Below, one piece after another: positions 63,337-64,000 of a stretch of 64,000 bases of DNA. Source of the DNA: Mantamonas sphyraenae STR306 (Eukaryota; Protista; CRuMs); the NCBI GenBank assembly GCA_026936335.1, contig JAPMXV010000056.1:310001-374000 (forward strand), written 5' to 3'. The notes under the pieces were generated by a model. It was given only the letters and a program-made list of their open reading frames with translations, was not told where the DNA came from and did no database searches. Made by a program: the position numbers and the translations under genes. Position 1 is the first letter of the stretch; every line of letters begins with the position of its first letter.

Positions 63337-64000
63337 ATGGGATCGTGTCTGAGCAGTAGTAGTAGCAGTGGTCGTGGTGGTAGTAGCAGTGGTAGTGGTG
63401 GTAGTGGTGGCGGTGGCGGCGGTGGAGGAAGCAAAGCAGCGGCGGCAGCGGGCGGAGAAAAGAAGAAGGAGTACAGCTGGGACAAGCGGGAAAAGGCAGA
63501 TCCGGCGGACTACCGGTTCCGTGGGGAGGAGGGCAAGGAGCTGGTGAAGACGCCGAAGCAGCTGAAAGGGTACGAGTTTAAGCTGGAGTCGTGCAAGGAC
63601 TGCGACATCTTTCTGTGTGGGCAGGCGAGCGAAGTGTACGTGGACGATCTGGAGGATTGCCGCGTGTTTGTGGGCCCCGTGAGCGGGAGTGTGTTTGTGC
63701 GCAACAGCAAGCGGTGCGTAGTGGTTGCGTTCTGCCAGCAGCTGCGTACGCGAGACTGCGACGAGATCGATTTCGTGCTGTACAGTCAAACGCGGCCGTC
63801 GATCGAAACGTCGACGGGCCTGCGTTTCAGCTGCGTAGGCATGGAGCACCAGTACGGGGAGCTTGCGGGGCAGATGCGCAAGGCAAATTTGGACCCGTAT
63901 GCAAATCGGTGGTGGGACATCTACGACTTTAACCCGGAGAGCAACTCGTGGAAAGTGGTCGGGGAGAGTCCGGCGTTCAGCGGGTTTAGCAGCGAGTGTG
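63337..64000 (+). CDS. RP2: Retinitis pigmentosa 2 (XRP2) ARL3 GAP, TBCC domain; runs off the window
   Basis: MGSC acylation motif, KEYSWDKREKADPADY, VGPVSGSVFVRN, CQQLRTRDC, TRPSIETS, NRWWDIYDF. Confidence 0.92.
   Translation, partial: MGSCLSSSSSSGRGGSSSGSGGSGGGGGGGGSKAAAAAGGEKKKEYSWDKREKADPADYRFRGEEGKELVKTPKQLKGYEFKLESCKDCDIFLCGQASEVYVDDLEDCRVFVGPVSGSVFVRNSKRCVVVAFCQQLRTRDCDEIDFVLYSQTRPSIETSTGLRFSCVGMEHQYGELAGQMRKANLDPYANRWWDIYDFNPESNSWKVVGESPAFSGFSSEC

Overview
Very gene-dense, GC-rich nuclear DNA from a flagellated, aerobic unicellular eukaryote. Evidence: GT-AG spliceosomal introns of mostly 100-450 nt, IFT20/IFT25/RP2/katanin genes, and the complex I assembly factor CIA30. I cannot name the species. 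About 33 protein-coding genes can be reconstructed, mostly housekeeping, many in head-to-head pairs with starts only 58-180 bp apart. Four things stand out. (1) A ~4.8-kb palindrome (44278-49097) with ~1.8-kb near-identical arms holds two divergently transcribed GATA zinc-finger paralogues. They have different N-termini but shared C-termini, and the right arm also carries a captured copy of the TRMO 3' end. (2) A ~970-aa ER membrane protein in which a TRAP-delta (SSR4) domain is fused behind an alpha/alpha-toroid plus Ig-like luminal region reminiscent of ribophorin II. (3) A bacterial-type PseB/FlaA1 UDP-GlcNAc 4,6-dehydratase that has acquired an intron. (4) A ciliary/centriolar gene neighbourhood, including an LRR-CCHCR1-like coiled-coil protein. 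At least seven frameshifts in otherwise intact genes, mostly at A runs, suggest uncorrected indel errors in the assembly. No rRNA, tRNA, CRISPR array or transposase was recognised. All family assignments come from motif recognition by eye, not from database searches.
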